Assembly: GCA_046563655.1 (NCBI GenBank)
Contig: CM102286.1
Location: forward strand, 2,728,001 to 2,792,000
DNA: 64,000 bases
Origin: Yuukianura sp. NJ FZ-2021
Taxonomy: Eukaryota
Direction: 5' to 3'
Shown piece by piece: positions 48,101-61,900 of the stretch. Within the stretch, counting starts at the first letter, position 1, and each line of letters starts with the position of its first letter. The translations under genes and the position numbers were made by a program. Under the pieces are notes generated by a model, which was given only the letters and a program-made list of their open reading frames with translations, ran no database searches and had not been told where the DNA came from.

Positions 48101-51100
48101 AGGAGAATGAATTGATTTTGGAGCAAAAGTAAATGGAAGCATTCAGCCTGATAACCACAAAAGTGGAGAAAAGCAAACAACTTTTTTTTTCATAGTAAAA
48201 CAAAAAATTCTGAAGAGGATTGTTCAACTTTTCTGTCGTTTCTGAAGTCAGTTGTACTCAAAAAGTGCGTTTCTCTCCCACGGGACAGTTTTGAATCAAA
48301 GTTATTCTCCAAAGTAAATGATTATAACTCAAGTCAACATGAGACAGAGACAAGCTTAAAGTCAACATTTAACTTTCTCCACCGAATCAAATATTCGTTT
48401 AACAATGGCGTAAAGTTACTTTCTCCAGGTACTTCCTAGCCTAACTTTAGTTAGCCTAACATGACTCTCCCAACTGGAACTTTGTCAGAGACAAGGGAAG
48501 TAATGGCCACAGATAACCATGTCCAAAACTCCAACTCCGCCCCATAAACTTTGACCTTTTTTGTTCCTTCCCGCCTTTTCTTCTCCGTTCCCGCCACAAA
48601 GTTTGAATTATTTACCTTGTAAATTGTTCCAGGCCGCCTGATTTGAGGCAAGACGGAACGACAGAAGCCGCTTATCGAAGCCAAGAAACCGTAATGTCAA
48701 GAACTTTGCTTTATGGGCAGAATCCAGAGGTGAAGGTTTTGAACCGTCTCTGACTGGCAGGACTTTGCTAAAAACCGTCGAGCAGAGCATACAAAATGGA
48801 AAAGGCGGCAAGATGGAAATAGTCCAAAAATTGGGAAAAGAATAATAAAAAGGAGGCCTGTTTCCTCGTAGTTCGAAGTGTGGAACGTGATTTCCTCTAA
48901 GGAATTGAAGAATTCGGTCGTGGCGGGAAGATTTTTTGAAATCACGCGTACACAAAAAGAACGTCTAGCTGGGCATCGTACGAAGATTTAAGGTGGTACC
49001 TCCAACTGCGGCGCACTACTCACAGTATACTGTAAGTGGAGAAAGTAAATTAGGATGTAAGAGAGATTTTGGTTGAAATTACTCCAGTCTTGGTGGCCGG
49101 GCGTCCAGAGTCAAAACTTTACGAATCTCCAAATCTTTTCAAATCCCGCGCTCTTCCTTTTTGGAAACTAGAAAGTTCATTTCAGTTTCAGCAGAGAGGA
49201 AAGTAAAGAAAGTCAGTGAAACCTTAGTCAGTATATGGATTTTACTGTAGGTTGAAACCATGTTCAAGGAAGTTTACATTATTGAAACTGTTGTGGTCGG
49301 GATTGTAGACGAACAAAGCCTGATTTGTACATTCCCTGCACAAACCAATCACCTTTAGGTTCACATTGGATTTGAAGTCTGAAGCCGCTGAGGGACAATT
49401 TCAAAAAAAGCCGCCAAAAAGTCCACTTTTGTGTGAAACTTTTTGTCTAGTTTCTAGCTAATGCTGGAGATAGGAAAGAACAGGCATTAGCAACTAACTT
49501 TCAGGTAAGATTAGCATTGTTAGAAACTTTCACTTTTTGAACTTTCTTTTCTGAAAACCAAAGAAACAAAGCAACACTTCCTTCAACTTTTTTTCTGAAT
49601 TCCTTTTACATTTCTAAACTACAGAAAGCATCGAATTATCGGTTTCATCGATTATATTTTGAATGAATTTCAACTCCAGAGGACATTAGAGGTCACGCCC
49701 TTCCTTCAGACAATTGGTTACAGTAATTAAATGCAAAGAGGCGTCAACACCCTGTTATTGTTGTTATGTTAATCAAAGTATAGGTTTTTCGTTTAAATTG
49801 GCCCGAGTACAAACCATTTCCACTGTCACCCATAAACTATTTCCAACATTCACAAAAACCGTCCTTTGGGCCCATTCTTAAACACTTGGTCCATTACTCA
49901 TTCTCTCCAGTTTATCCAAGACAGGACGCTGAGAGAATAAGGGCCCCTGTTCAAAATTACAATTTTGGAACGCTAAAGGGCCCCCTCACTCCAGTGTGTG
50001 TTACATTAAGTTCTTTTTTACTTTAAAGTTAGGTCTCTCGTGTGCTCTACTTTTACGGAATGTTTAAAGTTCTCATTTCCTTGATTGAAATCTATTTTGT
50101 AGGTCATAAATATTAGAGCTGATAACTTTGGGCGGGAAAGCCTTTCTTTCTTTTGTCATTCGGGTACAAAGGGAATTGGGATTGGATCCAAGTGAAAGTG
50201 CAAAGGAGGAACAAGAGTCCTTGTTACACTGTCTATAGGTTCCATAGAAACATGTCTTCTGTGTGCTCATCTTCTACTTTTAAAGCTTATTCCTTATTCT
50301 AAGAATTCACTTTCACTGGAGAAAGCACAGAGGATCTGCTGCTTCTGCTATAAAAAATTTTCATAAAAACAAATTCTCAAGAAAAAACGAAATTTGCATT
50401 CAGATCAGTCCGGAAACTTTTTTTCGTTTTCAAAAGAAGGAAAAAAGTTGGGCTGTGACAAAATTTGCAAAAAGTTGGGCGTGTAACGGAACTCGGAGTT
50501 ACAGTGTCGTAAAACGTGTAATATTCATAAGATTCTTTTTAAGTAAAAAACTGTTATAAATACTTCAGCTGCTTTACATTTTTGCCAAATTTGAACTCAA
50601 AGGTTTTACAAAGTATAATAAGAAAAGGTCACATAAATGTTGTGACTCAAATTTGAGAAAATTCTTTTGACTTTTTTTTAAAAAATGTTTCAAATTAGCT
50701 CAAATAAAATTTTGACAAATACTTTTTTTTTTGCAAAGCTACCCTGGCGTGGCACCTAAAGCATAAGTCAAGTGAAAATATAAGACGGAAGATCCAAAAT
50801 GAAATTTTGGTAAATTTTTTTCAGAATTTAGAGACGTGAGATTGGACAAAATCCAAAAATGACACATGGAAAAAAGACGTATTGTGTTTTTTCTTTAAAA
50901 AATTGTGAAATGTTGTATCAAACACGTTTCATGCTGCCGCCAGTGTAAATTTGGATTCATTTCAAAAGAGAAGCAAAAAAGGGCTTTGAAACTTGCCATT
51001 TTCTTTACTTCCGGATTTCCTTCTCTTTCACTACTTTTTTTCTCTCTGTGTGTCTAATGTCATCTGACTTTTTCTTTGTGGGTTACGAACCAAAGTTTTT

Positions 51101-54100
51101 TCATGTTCTTTTTTTTTTACTAAAATTTTCCCTCCGATTTTCCGTCATACACGTTCGACCCGTCGTTTCCAGTGTTGTACTCTCATAAGAACATGCATTG
51201 GATGTCAGCCCTTCTGCTGGAACTTCCATTCTGTGGTTCCACTTTGGGCAAAGTGTGCACTTAGAAAGAAAAGGAGAAAAACTGACGGCCAAGTTATGTT
51301 TCCTCCATCCGTGCTCAGAATCAAAACTAATTCTCAAACTGGGAAAATGGACATGGCCTCTGCATGGCTCATCCTCTCCAGTCGTGCTAGGAAACTTTCA
51401 TTAGATTAGACACGACTTTCCTCTTCTCCCACAACCGGACTCGGAGTGTCCAGTCTGTCAAAGTCAATGGGCGGACACTGCGTCCAAACTCTGGAGACTC
51501 AATTCTGGAACTGGACTCATTCTCGTCCACCACAAAAACAAATTCCACCGTCCGTAAATTTAGAAACAGAGGTTTTTGGAAAAGCAGCGGTTTCAAACTG
51601 CATCAATTCCAAAAACCAAGTTTCGTTTTCCCTGTCAAAGCCTTAAATTATCCTGCTCTTTCCGGGTTCCGATTAGAGCCTGGGTGAAAGCAAAAAGAGA
51701 AAGTAGCAGAGTGGAAGACGCCAAGAATGGCAGGGAGGAAGACGCCGTGTGAAGAGCAACACCTTTAAATCTTCTGCCATTCACGACCAGCACGAAGAGG
51801 CAGAACAGAAGATTGAAGATTTTGGACTGTGAGAAAATGGGCTCCAAGTGTATGGGAAGCTACAGAGGAGCTAATCAATATCAGATGATCATTGCTTTCC
51901 CTTAGTAAAGGAGAGAGAACGAGGCTAAAGGCGGAAAAAGTAGGAAATCGAAGCTTTTCCAACGACCCACACCTATCCTGTTCCATTTTGAGGAGGTTCA
52001 AGTGCCACTTTTGGAGGGCCTTGGAGCCCTTTGCAAAAGAAAGTGAAAGTGGATTGACTTTGGAGCCAAGTCGAACGGCATTAGGTACACTTGGTTCATT
52101 GGTAAGCAGGAGACATGTCTCGGAGGCCCTTGCACCTACTATTACTCGGAGAAAGCGGATCATCACTTTCACTTCCGATTTTCTCGGTTTTACTGTGTTT
52201 TCAAAAAAATGCTATTTTTTGAATAAAAGTTAGCCTAAAGTACAAGAATCTTGTTGTCTTTTTCTTCATTTCGAAATGAAAACTGGGAGTTTGAGTGAAG
52301 CAACCAGATTTAGATTTTTGTAGAAAGTTTTTCCCAATACTGCCGCAAGGCTAAAAAGTTGATGAAAGGAAATCGAGAAATGTTCATGTCAAATGAATGA
52401 TTCGCTCGGTTTTATGTTTCAGTTTTTTGTTTCCAAGTTTTGTTGGTGTTTTTACGTTTTTTTTTCAATTTGGCGTAATTGTTTCTTCTTTGTATTGCCT
52501 GACCCAAGTAGTACACTTGGAAGCTTATGTTTGGCTTAAAGTGTAGTCTAAAATGAACAGAAGATGCTGTCTGCTTCGGCTTTTCCCCATGGGGGAATGC
52601 GGTGGCACGAGCGGGAAACTTTGAATTATTTAATTGATCTCAATTATTCAGCGAACTGCTTGATTCTGCCCAGCTCCTCTTTGTCTCTCCCAACCCAACA
52701 TTTCTATTCCAATTTTAATTTTTTTGTAGCAAGGGGAAAGCATCCGGATGAATTCGTTTTTGAATCTGGACCGTTTAGAAAAATATTTTTTTCAGAAACC
52801 ATCTATAATCTTGTTTAAGAAACCGAGTTTTTGAAAATAGTTTTCTTATAGGCCTGCCTTTTAAGATTTTTTTTTGCATACTGAATTAAATGAATTGGAT
52901 TGGAGCAACGGAGGGGAGGAGAAATCGGTGATAAGGCACGCATAGCCCTCAACTTTCAAACTTGTAACTCCTGTTAATTGGAAACCTTAATGAATTTTGT
53001 AAGAGTCGTTTTTTTCAAAAAACAGTCTCTCTTCAATTTTGTTCTTGCTGAGGGAAAAGGGCGGCAGTTTTAAAAATTGTCCTAAGTGGTCCCTCCTGTC
53101 TAGACTGTCGTAATGGGATGATAGGAAGACGAGGTTTGAGGCTTGGAACAAACTTGATAAAACTTTTACCCACTTTCTCCTCGGATGCTTCAAAAACGCC
53201 ACGCTAGTGATGCAACTAAGCAGTAGCAATGGCGCAGAACTTTGGCGGTTTTATTTGAACCTGCCAAACTGTTCTCAACCTATCATAGCCAAAACCCATC
53301 AATTCCCATTAGGGCTCTCCACTTTACATATTTCAGCTACTTGTTACTGTTCTCCTCAATTGGGCTTTCACTGGAGAAGGAAAATAATGTTACTCTAAGA
53401 ACTTTGTGAGCTAGTATACCTGTCATCACAAAGTATCAGTGAAGGATAATAATGTAGAGTGGAAGGCTCTGATCAAAATAAATGTTGACATGAAGGTTTG
53501 ACAGGAAAACAAAAAACAATGGCCAAAATAGGGCAGTTGACATGCAAAACATGCCAAATTATGTTGACTCGTGAGGTCAAATAATGATACGTGGACAGAA
53601 ATTTGAAAGCCAAACCAAGACAGGTCAAATTTGGACAAGAAAATGCCTAAAAGAGCCAATTTCGGTGAAAGCGGAGCACTGGAAAATGACACTAGTGGGA
53701 GCAGTTAACAAACCCAATTAAAGTAATTTGGGTAAAGTTGTTCAACTGTGAACAAAACCAAAGTTTGAATTTGAAACTACTTATGCTACGTGTCTGTTTG
53801 TAGTGACTTAAATGACGTCAACTTTTTCAAAACTTTCACTCTTACCCTTTTGCCCAATAATTTTTCCGAAAAATAATTTAACATTTTGAAAAAAAATGTT
53901 CTGTAATTTATTCTTCTCTGTTACATCTTGAGAAAAAGTAAAAAACAAATTTGCCCAATTAGCTAAAATGAAGTTTTTCAAATTAGTTTACTTTTTCACC
54001 TGACATTTCACACTTTTGATGATTAACTCAAATCTTAAGATTGGCCACAAGTGAGTTTGTTCACACCAATTTCGAGCTTAATTAACTCAATTACTAATTT

Positions 54101-57100
54101 AGTTTGATTGTTCCTAATGAGTGAAACATTGCTTAACCTATTTGCTTTTCTTATCCATTCTACAATCATTTGTACACCTACGTTTAGAAAATAATTTTGC
54201 ACAAAAAGAATAAAAACTTGTTCGTTTTGTCCAATTTATTTTTGAAATCAAACGACCTAAAAGCGGCACAAAAGTCTTATCATCGAAATCAAACACTTTT
54301 GTATTCTCCTTTGAAACGGTACGTTACTATGCAAAAGTGGAACACCATGGAAACTAGCATACACAGGAACTGCTTTCACCATAAGCCATGGGAGTGCCAT
54401 TCCACTTTCTCTGTCGCCTTTTTGTGTGACTTTCTGATCAACTGATTTGGTTTCCCTTCTGGACAACCGTCGTTTTGCAAAATGTGTAACAAAAAGCTTC
54501 ATGTTCCAAAGCTCCTAGTCAACTACGTTAGGAATGGCCGAGGAGAAAGGAATAAATTTGGAAATGTTCCACTCGCTTTTCCCGGGAAAAGTTTGTTCTA
54601 ATCTTGCAGTAGTGTTAGAAGGCTTAATTAACCAAAACCAAACACACCCGCCCACCAGCAGAGGCGCCAGAAATTGCCGTGCCTTTTCAAACCACGAGTC
54701 CACGATGACACGACATACAACGAATGAACCAATAATTCATTGAAGGCTGGCCCATTACGCCTTGCTGTAACACTTTCTTTGAATCAATTTCATCTCCAAA
54801 TTGAGCAAGAAGGTTTACTTAATTTTTACTACGCAATTCTGTAAACTGTGCCACTTTCAACACATACACACACACACACAATCTATATAAACAAAAAAAA
54901 AGACAGTAACAAAAAGAAACACAAAAGGGGTGAAAGCAAAAAAAAAAAAAGAATCTCAATTTATAAAAAGAAACTTTTACGCTCACAAAACGGCGAATTT
55001 GGAAAAATCGGTGCAAATTGTTCTAAATCACGCCAAATTTTTTGACTTTTCACACCTAAAACAATGTTTAACTTTAATTGTAGTTTTCCACTTTCCAGAG
55101 TAATTGAACATGCCATGATCCATTTTAAGGCTTAGAACAAAAACACTATTTGCAAAGATTTAGCTACAAGATACAAAAGCTAAAAGTTTCTCTTATCGAC
55201 AGAGACTGGAAATCCATTAGAAGTTAATAGAGCCATTTCTTTTTTCTTTTAGACAGAAGGTGGAGTAGACCTTGGAGACATTGATTAAGGGCTCACGGCC
55301 CCTTGGACTTTTTTGGCCAAGGAGAATTGGTTTCTAGTGCCGTTTTCAGTTTTCGTTAGTGGAGCAGTGTGAACTAAGAGTGAAAGTCCTTACACTTTGT
55401 TTTTATTACTTTCTCCTGATAGAGATTGAGATTGCATGGATAGGGGAAATTGTAGAATCAATTAGGAACAACTTCCACGTACGAGAAACGGAGCAAAGGA
55501 GAGAAGGTTTACCTGGACTTTGGCTGGAGAAAATTTTTTATTGCCAAAATCCCATGCACTTTACTGTGCTAAGTTTTAGTCTTTTCCTGGCTTGTGGAGA
55601 AAGTTTGAGTAAGTACCGGTAGGTTGGGATGAACGGGAAAAGTTGGAACAAACTCATGTTAACGCGTTCTCGAGCAAGTTCTTTACTCCATGTACTATAG
55701 GTTGTGAAAGCGATAAGAGTTTTAGGTTAGTGTGGTACACTAGAGTAATGAAAGCCGGAGATTGTGTCATTCTTTTGATTTCTTCCTTTTTTGTAGTTTA
55801 TGTTAGGCTCTAGCTTAGTATTAGGTTTTAACCTATTAGGTTCTTGTGTAAGGTTCGTAGGATTTGTAGGGCAGAGATGGAACACACTTTCTCCAGCACT
55901 CCAGTAACTTCCTTTTTTCCTCCAGGGAGAAATCAGTGTTAGGTTAGGTTAACCTAACATAGTACTACCCGTGTGTTACTATGTGGTCGGTGTGTTTGTG
56001 TGTGTGGAAATTTGTCCGTGAAAGTGGGTTTCTTGCTAGAGTGTGTCGACTTGAAGGGCCTTTGGAGCGCCGAGTGGAGCAGATCCATAGTTTTTGCATG
56101 TCAGAAATGATTGTTTACGACGAGACTACCAGAAAATGGCAGGCGGGGAGAAAGTTATTTCCTCCCGAGCTTTCTCAACTAAAAAGGAGAATTTGAAGTA
56201 ATCCTGCTGTGAAAATTGACTCTTTCTTTTGGTTGCGTTCGTGCAAGGTTTTATGGAAGATTGATTTCTGCTTTCTTCAGACTTCTAAAGAAAATGTAAG
56301 ATTTAAGTTCCATCTTTGCTTTGAATTTTTTTTCAATAAATTATTACCACCAGTGTTTTTTTATAGCTAGAATAACAAAATTATGTGACCTAATTTCACA
56401 AACTTGAAACATTAAAAACCGATTTCATCATAACGCGCATATACAAATTCAACAAAAGCTACCTTCCAAAAATTTTTGAAATTTTTGGCACTGCAATCAA
56501 AATTAGACAAAATTTGTATTAGTCGTGGCACACCTAGACGCAGCTAATGGGAAAATGTCATCCGAAGATACTAAACTTAGGGGAATTTCCAGTTGAAATC
56601 CGTAGCTTAAGATCAGGTTCAACTCTAATCCGTGTCCTCTTGTGAGTATGACGCGAAGGCTTTGCGTCGTTTATACCTCTGCGACATACCCTAAGTTAGA
56701 ATTTCACATAGCCTAACATTTTTTCTACTCTGGACTTATCCGCATTTTGGCACTGGCTCTGATACCTCCCAGATTATTTTTGAGCATCAAAGGCTCTACG
56801 TTTCACACAGGAGAAAGTAATTGACCAAAATCTCCAATTTTCCTCACGTCAAACTTTGAGTATCTTCCAACCACCAAAATACTTTTTTGCGGTGGCCTAA
56901 AACAAGACAAAAGTTTTTAGGCTTATACAGTCGACCACATACTTTCACCAGAAAAAAAACTTACAAAAACTTAGTTTTTTGTGGATGTGAAAACCAAATT
57001 TCAGTATTACTCGTTTTTTACTCGTCCAAATTTGGAAACTTTTGAGCTATCCAAAAGTTTGAAGTTTAAGGTTTGAAAATAACCCAAAAGCGAAGGCAGA

Positions 57101-58969
57101 CGGTAGTTTTGAGAAAATTGAATTGTGGTATTTAATATGATCCGGGATTCAAATTCGTATTTAAAAAAAATGATAAAATAAAATGACTGAGCTTCCTGTT
57201 TGGTTTCTTTTGAGTTAGATTTATTTAAAATTGAAAAAATGAGAATGTCTTGGAACATGTTTTTTTTGTAAGTTTTCCGCCATGTTTCCGTTTCCTGTAA
57301 GCCGTTCCGTATTCGGCGTTCTGTTTAAAATTGAAAAATTTTACTTTTCAAATTGAATTTGAAAACTCTGAAGATTGAATTTCGGAAATGGGAACTTAAA
57401 AAACTTTGTTTCAAAAAGCACTTTGAATTGAAAGTGTTCTTATATGACATTTGTCTTCTCCATTTCGTTTTTTCTACTTTTATATTTACGACTCTAAGCT
57501 TCTCCTTTTTGCCTTAAAGTGATATCCTGCAGGGACATGCGTCAAGTGACAAGCGTCGCAGTTTTTGGTTGGTCTGACCTGCTGCTCTGTCCGTGTCGTT
57601 TCTGACAGTGCTGACTGGCACTTGGAAGTGATGGAGTACAGTCTGTTTTTACACGAAAAAGGGCTGCTTTTTGTACAAGATGAACCGAAACGCTTTCTTT
57701 ACCAGGAGAAAGTTATCTTAATTTAGGATTCGAAGAAAGTAGATTTCCAGAATACAGTGTACTATGCTGTACATTGTGTGATTGAAACCAGGTGAAGGTT
57801 TCTGTGAGCGTGACAGGGAGTGGAGATGCGTATCATCTCCAAAGTTGGTTTAATTCAAAAGTAGAAGACAGGTGAAAAGATTCCCGCGCCCAAAAACTAG
57901 TCCTTTTTTTGGTGACTGCGTGTGTCTACTTTCACTTTAGTGTTTAGAAAGTTCCAAATTTAAAATTCCCCCGGGCGACTTTTCCCGCTCTGTGTGGTTT
58001 CTTCGCACAGTCAATTCCAGCTTGAAGCTGTTCCCAGCCAGAGTCGTTTTCCAATTCCCTGTGCCCGAAAGAACTGCCATTATGAGCCATTTACATGCAG
58101 ACTTTCCGTCCGGAAACAAAGGCACCTCATAATGGAAATGCTATGCATGAATAGTCTACTGTGCGAGCAGAGGGAGGATCGACCTGTCTTTTCACTTTTT
58201 TTGTGGTTTTTTGAAAATGTAAGAAAGGACACGCACAGTGTCTGAAGTCGCATGTCGTGGACTGCCTGTGACCTTAATACTAAGAAATATGACCTTTGGA
58301 ATTGTTTTCAAAAAGCGCGCGTAACTCGAAACCTGCCTTTTCCAGCTAAGTCATAAACAGGTCGTAGACCTTACGTCAACTTTTGATAAATTATGGGGTA
58401 ATTTTATCCAAATTTTGAAAATTGATAATAAAAATTTGAGAAAAAGGCTACGCAGGTTGCAGCTTATAGTACTCGCTGTGTTATTCACATTTTGACAAAA
58501 TTTCACATAATTCAATCCATTTCAATTTGTGAAAAAAGGCGTTTTTTTTAACGCATCAATTTTAAAAATCGGAGAAAGCGCGTTTGAGGTCCCTCAGAAA
58601 CACATTAAAACAATTGAAAATTCAATTTTGAAAAACGCTAAAGAAGAAAATGAAAGTTTTTGTTTCATTTTGTTTTTATTTTTTATACCGTTATTTCTTT
58701 TTCTTTCAAGCTTTATTTCATCGTCCATGTATAAGGATTTCCTCAGCCACATTCTTTTTTTTAGTCCGAAATGAGAAAGCTGGAGAAGTTTTTTTTTCTC
58801 ATGAAATTGTTTCTTTTTTTTCAGAATGAGGAGCTTTCCTCTTATGCCCAATTTTCTCAATGCCCTGAGACAGCAGTTTTTGTTTCTTTGCTTTTCCATC
58901 CGGAATGTAATCAGTAATCAGAAAAATTTAACATGGGCAAGAGTAGTACGAGTGGTTAGGTTAGTGTAG

Positions 58970-58993
58970 GGAGGAGGAGGAGGAGGAGGAGGA
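58970..58993 (+). repeat. (GGA)8 microsatellite
   Basis: Eight perfect GGA units within a longer G-rich purine tract. Confidence 0.9.
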
Positions 58994-61900
58994 GGGAGGT
59001 TGGAGGAGAGAGCCTCCGAGGAAAATCGAGATGAAAAACTTTGTTATCTTTTCCCCACTTTCTTTTTCCTCAACAGCACAGCCCATATATCCTTTCCCGC
59101 CAACTTTTCTTTTCCTTTGGAGAACCCCCGTAATTGAATTGTTTGTTTGTTTCTTTTTGCTGGACGGATTTTCAAGTTATCTCCCATTTCCCGCTCTTTT
59201 TCTTCCTCTTTTGGACATAATGATGATTATTATCAGCGCCGGAATGGAGCGCGTTTTTTAAAAAAATGTTTGTTCAGTTCTCTCCATTGAGTCTAAAAGG
59301 AAGAAAAAGCGGAAGTGAAGAATTTAATTAAGCTTTGGCTATGAAGCACACTGAACAAGCGGAACTGCAAGACCCAATATCTTAGAAAAGCAAGAACTGC
59401 GCGTTTTAAGCTAGGTTGGCTAGACTGAAAATTGTTCTGCTCGAAGGCCCATCCAAGATTAGCCTCAGAGTAAACGGAGCTAATTTCCTTTATTAAGAAG
59501 TTTTTGTGGTTTGAATCAACCCGGGACGGGAGCAAAGGAGTTTGAGCCTGTGTAAACAGAAGGAAGAGATTGATGATGTTATTAGAAGGGATGAATTGGA
59601 TGGTTTAGATCTGCCTCACTTCAACCAAAAACCAAAACTATCCTAAAGTTAACCACGATCCAAACTTTTAGCTTCGTCTTAAAAATATCTTCTTCCAGTC
59701 TATTGTCCAGCCTCGGAGGAATTTTCCGGAGAGAAGCGCGGTTTTAAGCCAGAGAAAGTCGGCGGGAACTCTAATTTGTTTGGATGGTTTAACGAGGCGA
59801 ACTGATTAATAAAGTTAGGCGAGTTTTCGATATCTTCCCACCAAAACTAGTGAAAGTTAGGCTAGTCTCGATTGCATGTTCATAGTGAAAGTAGGAGTGG
59901 AGCGATCTGAGAAGTGGCGGTTGAAATCAAAACCAAGAGAACGCTTCTGTATCTAATTTCAGCGTTTCAGCTAGTGCTAAATGATTCCTTGTTATGAGAA
60001 GAATTTTGTCTCGTCAGAGCGTTTTGTGTCGAAGTGATCAAAATTTAGATTCAAATTAAACGAGAGGCATTGGAGGAGGGTGTGGAATTAGGCGATGATG
60101 CCATTGGAGGTTTTAGTGGGAATTTGTTCTGGATTTTAGTTTTCGCGGGCTTTTTGGTTTGGTTTTACGAGAGTTGAAATGAATTTTCCATTAGGGAAAA
60201 CATTGTGGGAAGAAGGAAAGCTGGCTGGGGAAGCAAGTCACTCTAATCCCAACCTGGACTTAAATTCCCAATTTCAAAATCCTTATTAGGCAGTGTTTCT
60301 AAAGTTGAAATTGAAACTAGAATTACAAATTGAATCAAAGTTAGGGATTTGAAATTATAAAATTACAAGTCTCTGCTTTGCTAATTGCCAAAACTGGAAA
60401 AAAAAGTAGTCCAAAAATGAAATTTTTAAAACAGAAGCACACTTTTTCTAGAATTTTTCTATTTGCTAGAATTTTAAAACAAAAGAACAACAATTAGTTT
60501 AACAGAAATAATCAAGTTTGACAAAAACCGGAGATAGTTGAGAAAAGTTAAAAAAAAAGTAGAGCATGACTCGAATTTTTTTTTCAACACTTTTTAAAAA
60601 ATGATAATAACGTTTTTGGATACTTTTTTTTTGAAAAAGTAGCGGTGAAAGTTTGGAATGAAAAGAATGAGCCACTTTCTTCTGCATCCGAAGCGTTATT
60701 TTTTCTCCTTTCGCCTTTCACCACTTTTCTACTTTTCTTTGAGCAAAAGTCTTGTTTACTTTGTCTCAAATCCATGTCTGACTGGATTCTGAAGCGTGAC
60801 ACGATGAAAGTGACTAGGAAATGTATTTACAGTGACTAGGAAAAGCTTAGAAAGTGGAACTATTTTTTCTGCTAGCTGAATATCTTTCGGTATAAAAAGC
60901 CAGCAAAGGAAGCAACAGCGGAAGTACGGGACTTTGTAAAGAATTTCCTTATTTCTTCCTCTTTCCGCCCCAGCTCTTCTCCAGTCACGCTTTCTGTATA
61001 AGTCTTCCTTCCAAGAAAAAACTGAAAAACCCGCCAAGTTTAAATCTGAATGTTGTTGATATTATCACTGCTTTCACCACCACTGAAGTCAAAAGAGGCC
61101 AATCCAAAATTCCTTTCAAGCACCATCATCTCCTTCTACTATGCTTTTTCATGGAATCCAAAATAGGAAAGTTAGTATTTTCAATTTGAGGTTCTCGAAA
61201 GCCAAAACCCTTCATTTCCATCTCAAAATCCGAGAAAATGAAATGTTTGAATTCTTGAATTTTCCCGCCAAAACCAAATTCCCTATGGTAGAACAAGCTT
61301 CAAATTTTGAGTCTTTGAAAAGGAAGCAACACAGCAAGTAGAATATTATTAGATTGAACGCAAAAGGGCAAAGGAATTTGACAGACAGGTAAAACGAAAA
61401 GAGATTTTTTGTTTGTTGTATTTTGTCAATTCTGAAAATCATTTCCGCATCAAAATTCAACTTAAGACTTTCAATTTGCTGAGCCTTACGGATGTTTGAG
61501 TTCGAAATTTAACGTTCCAAACAAGACTAGCTTGGAGCCAAAATTCAAAATTTTGAGTTCAACGCTGCCTTTGGGAATTGAATTTGAGAAACATTTCATT
61601 CACCTTTTGCCTTTTCCTACTTTCTTACTACTTCCTTTATTAGTCTTTCTCAAATTCAATTTCCTCTTTTCACAGTTTAACTAAATTTAAATTTTGATTA
61701 AACTCAAACGCTAGTCGTTCAACTAAATTTTTAGTACCGTTTTTCTAGAATTTGAAAAAATTGTAAATTTTTTAACGCGGAAAATGCACTGCGCTGCGTT
61801 ATTGTAAAAACTCACAATTTTCAAACAAAAATTCCGAGTTTTTCAAATTTTCTAACAATTCATAAAATTGTGAAAGTTTTTTGGTGCTTCGCGCATCCTG

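Noticed and set aside
51100..52233. GC-richer region with several 66-135 aa ORFs on both strands
   Set aside because: No domain, consistent frame or convincing splice pattern; could be a UTR exon but is unsupported.
55937..55959. TTAGG telomere-like repeats
   Set aside because: Only about two tandem units; not an interstitial telomere array.
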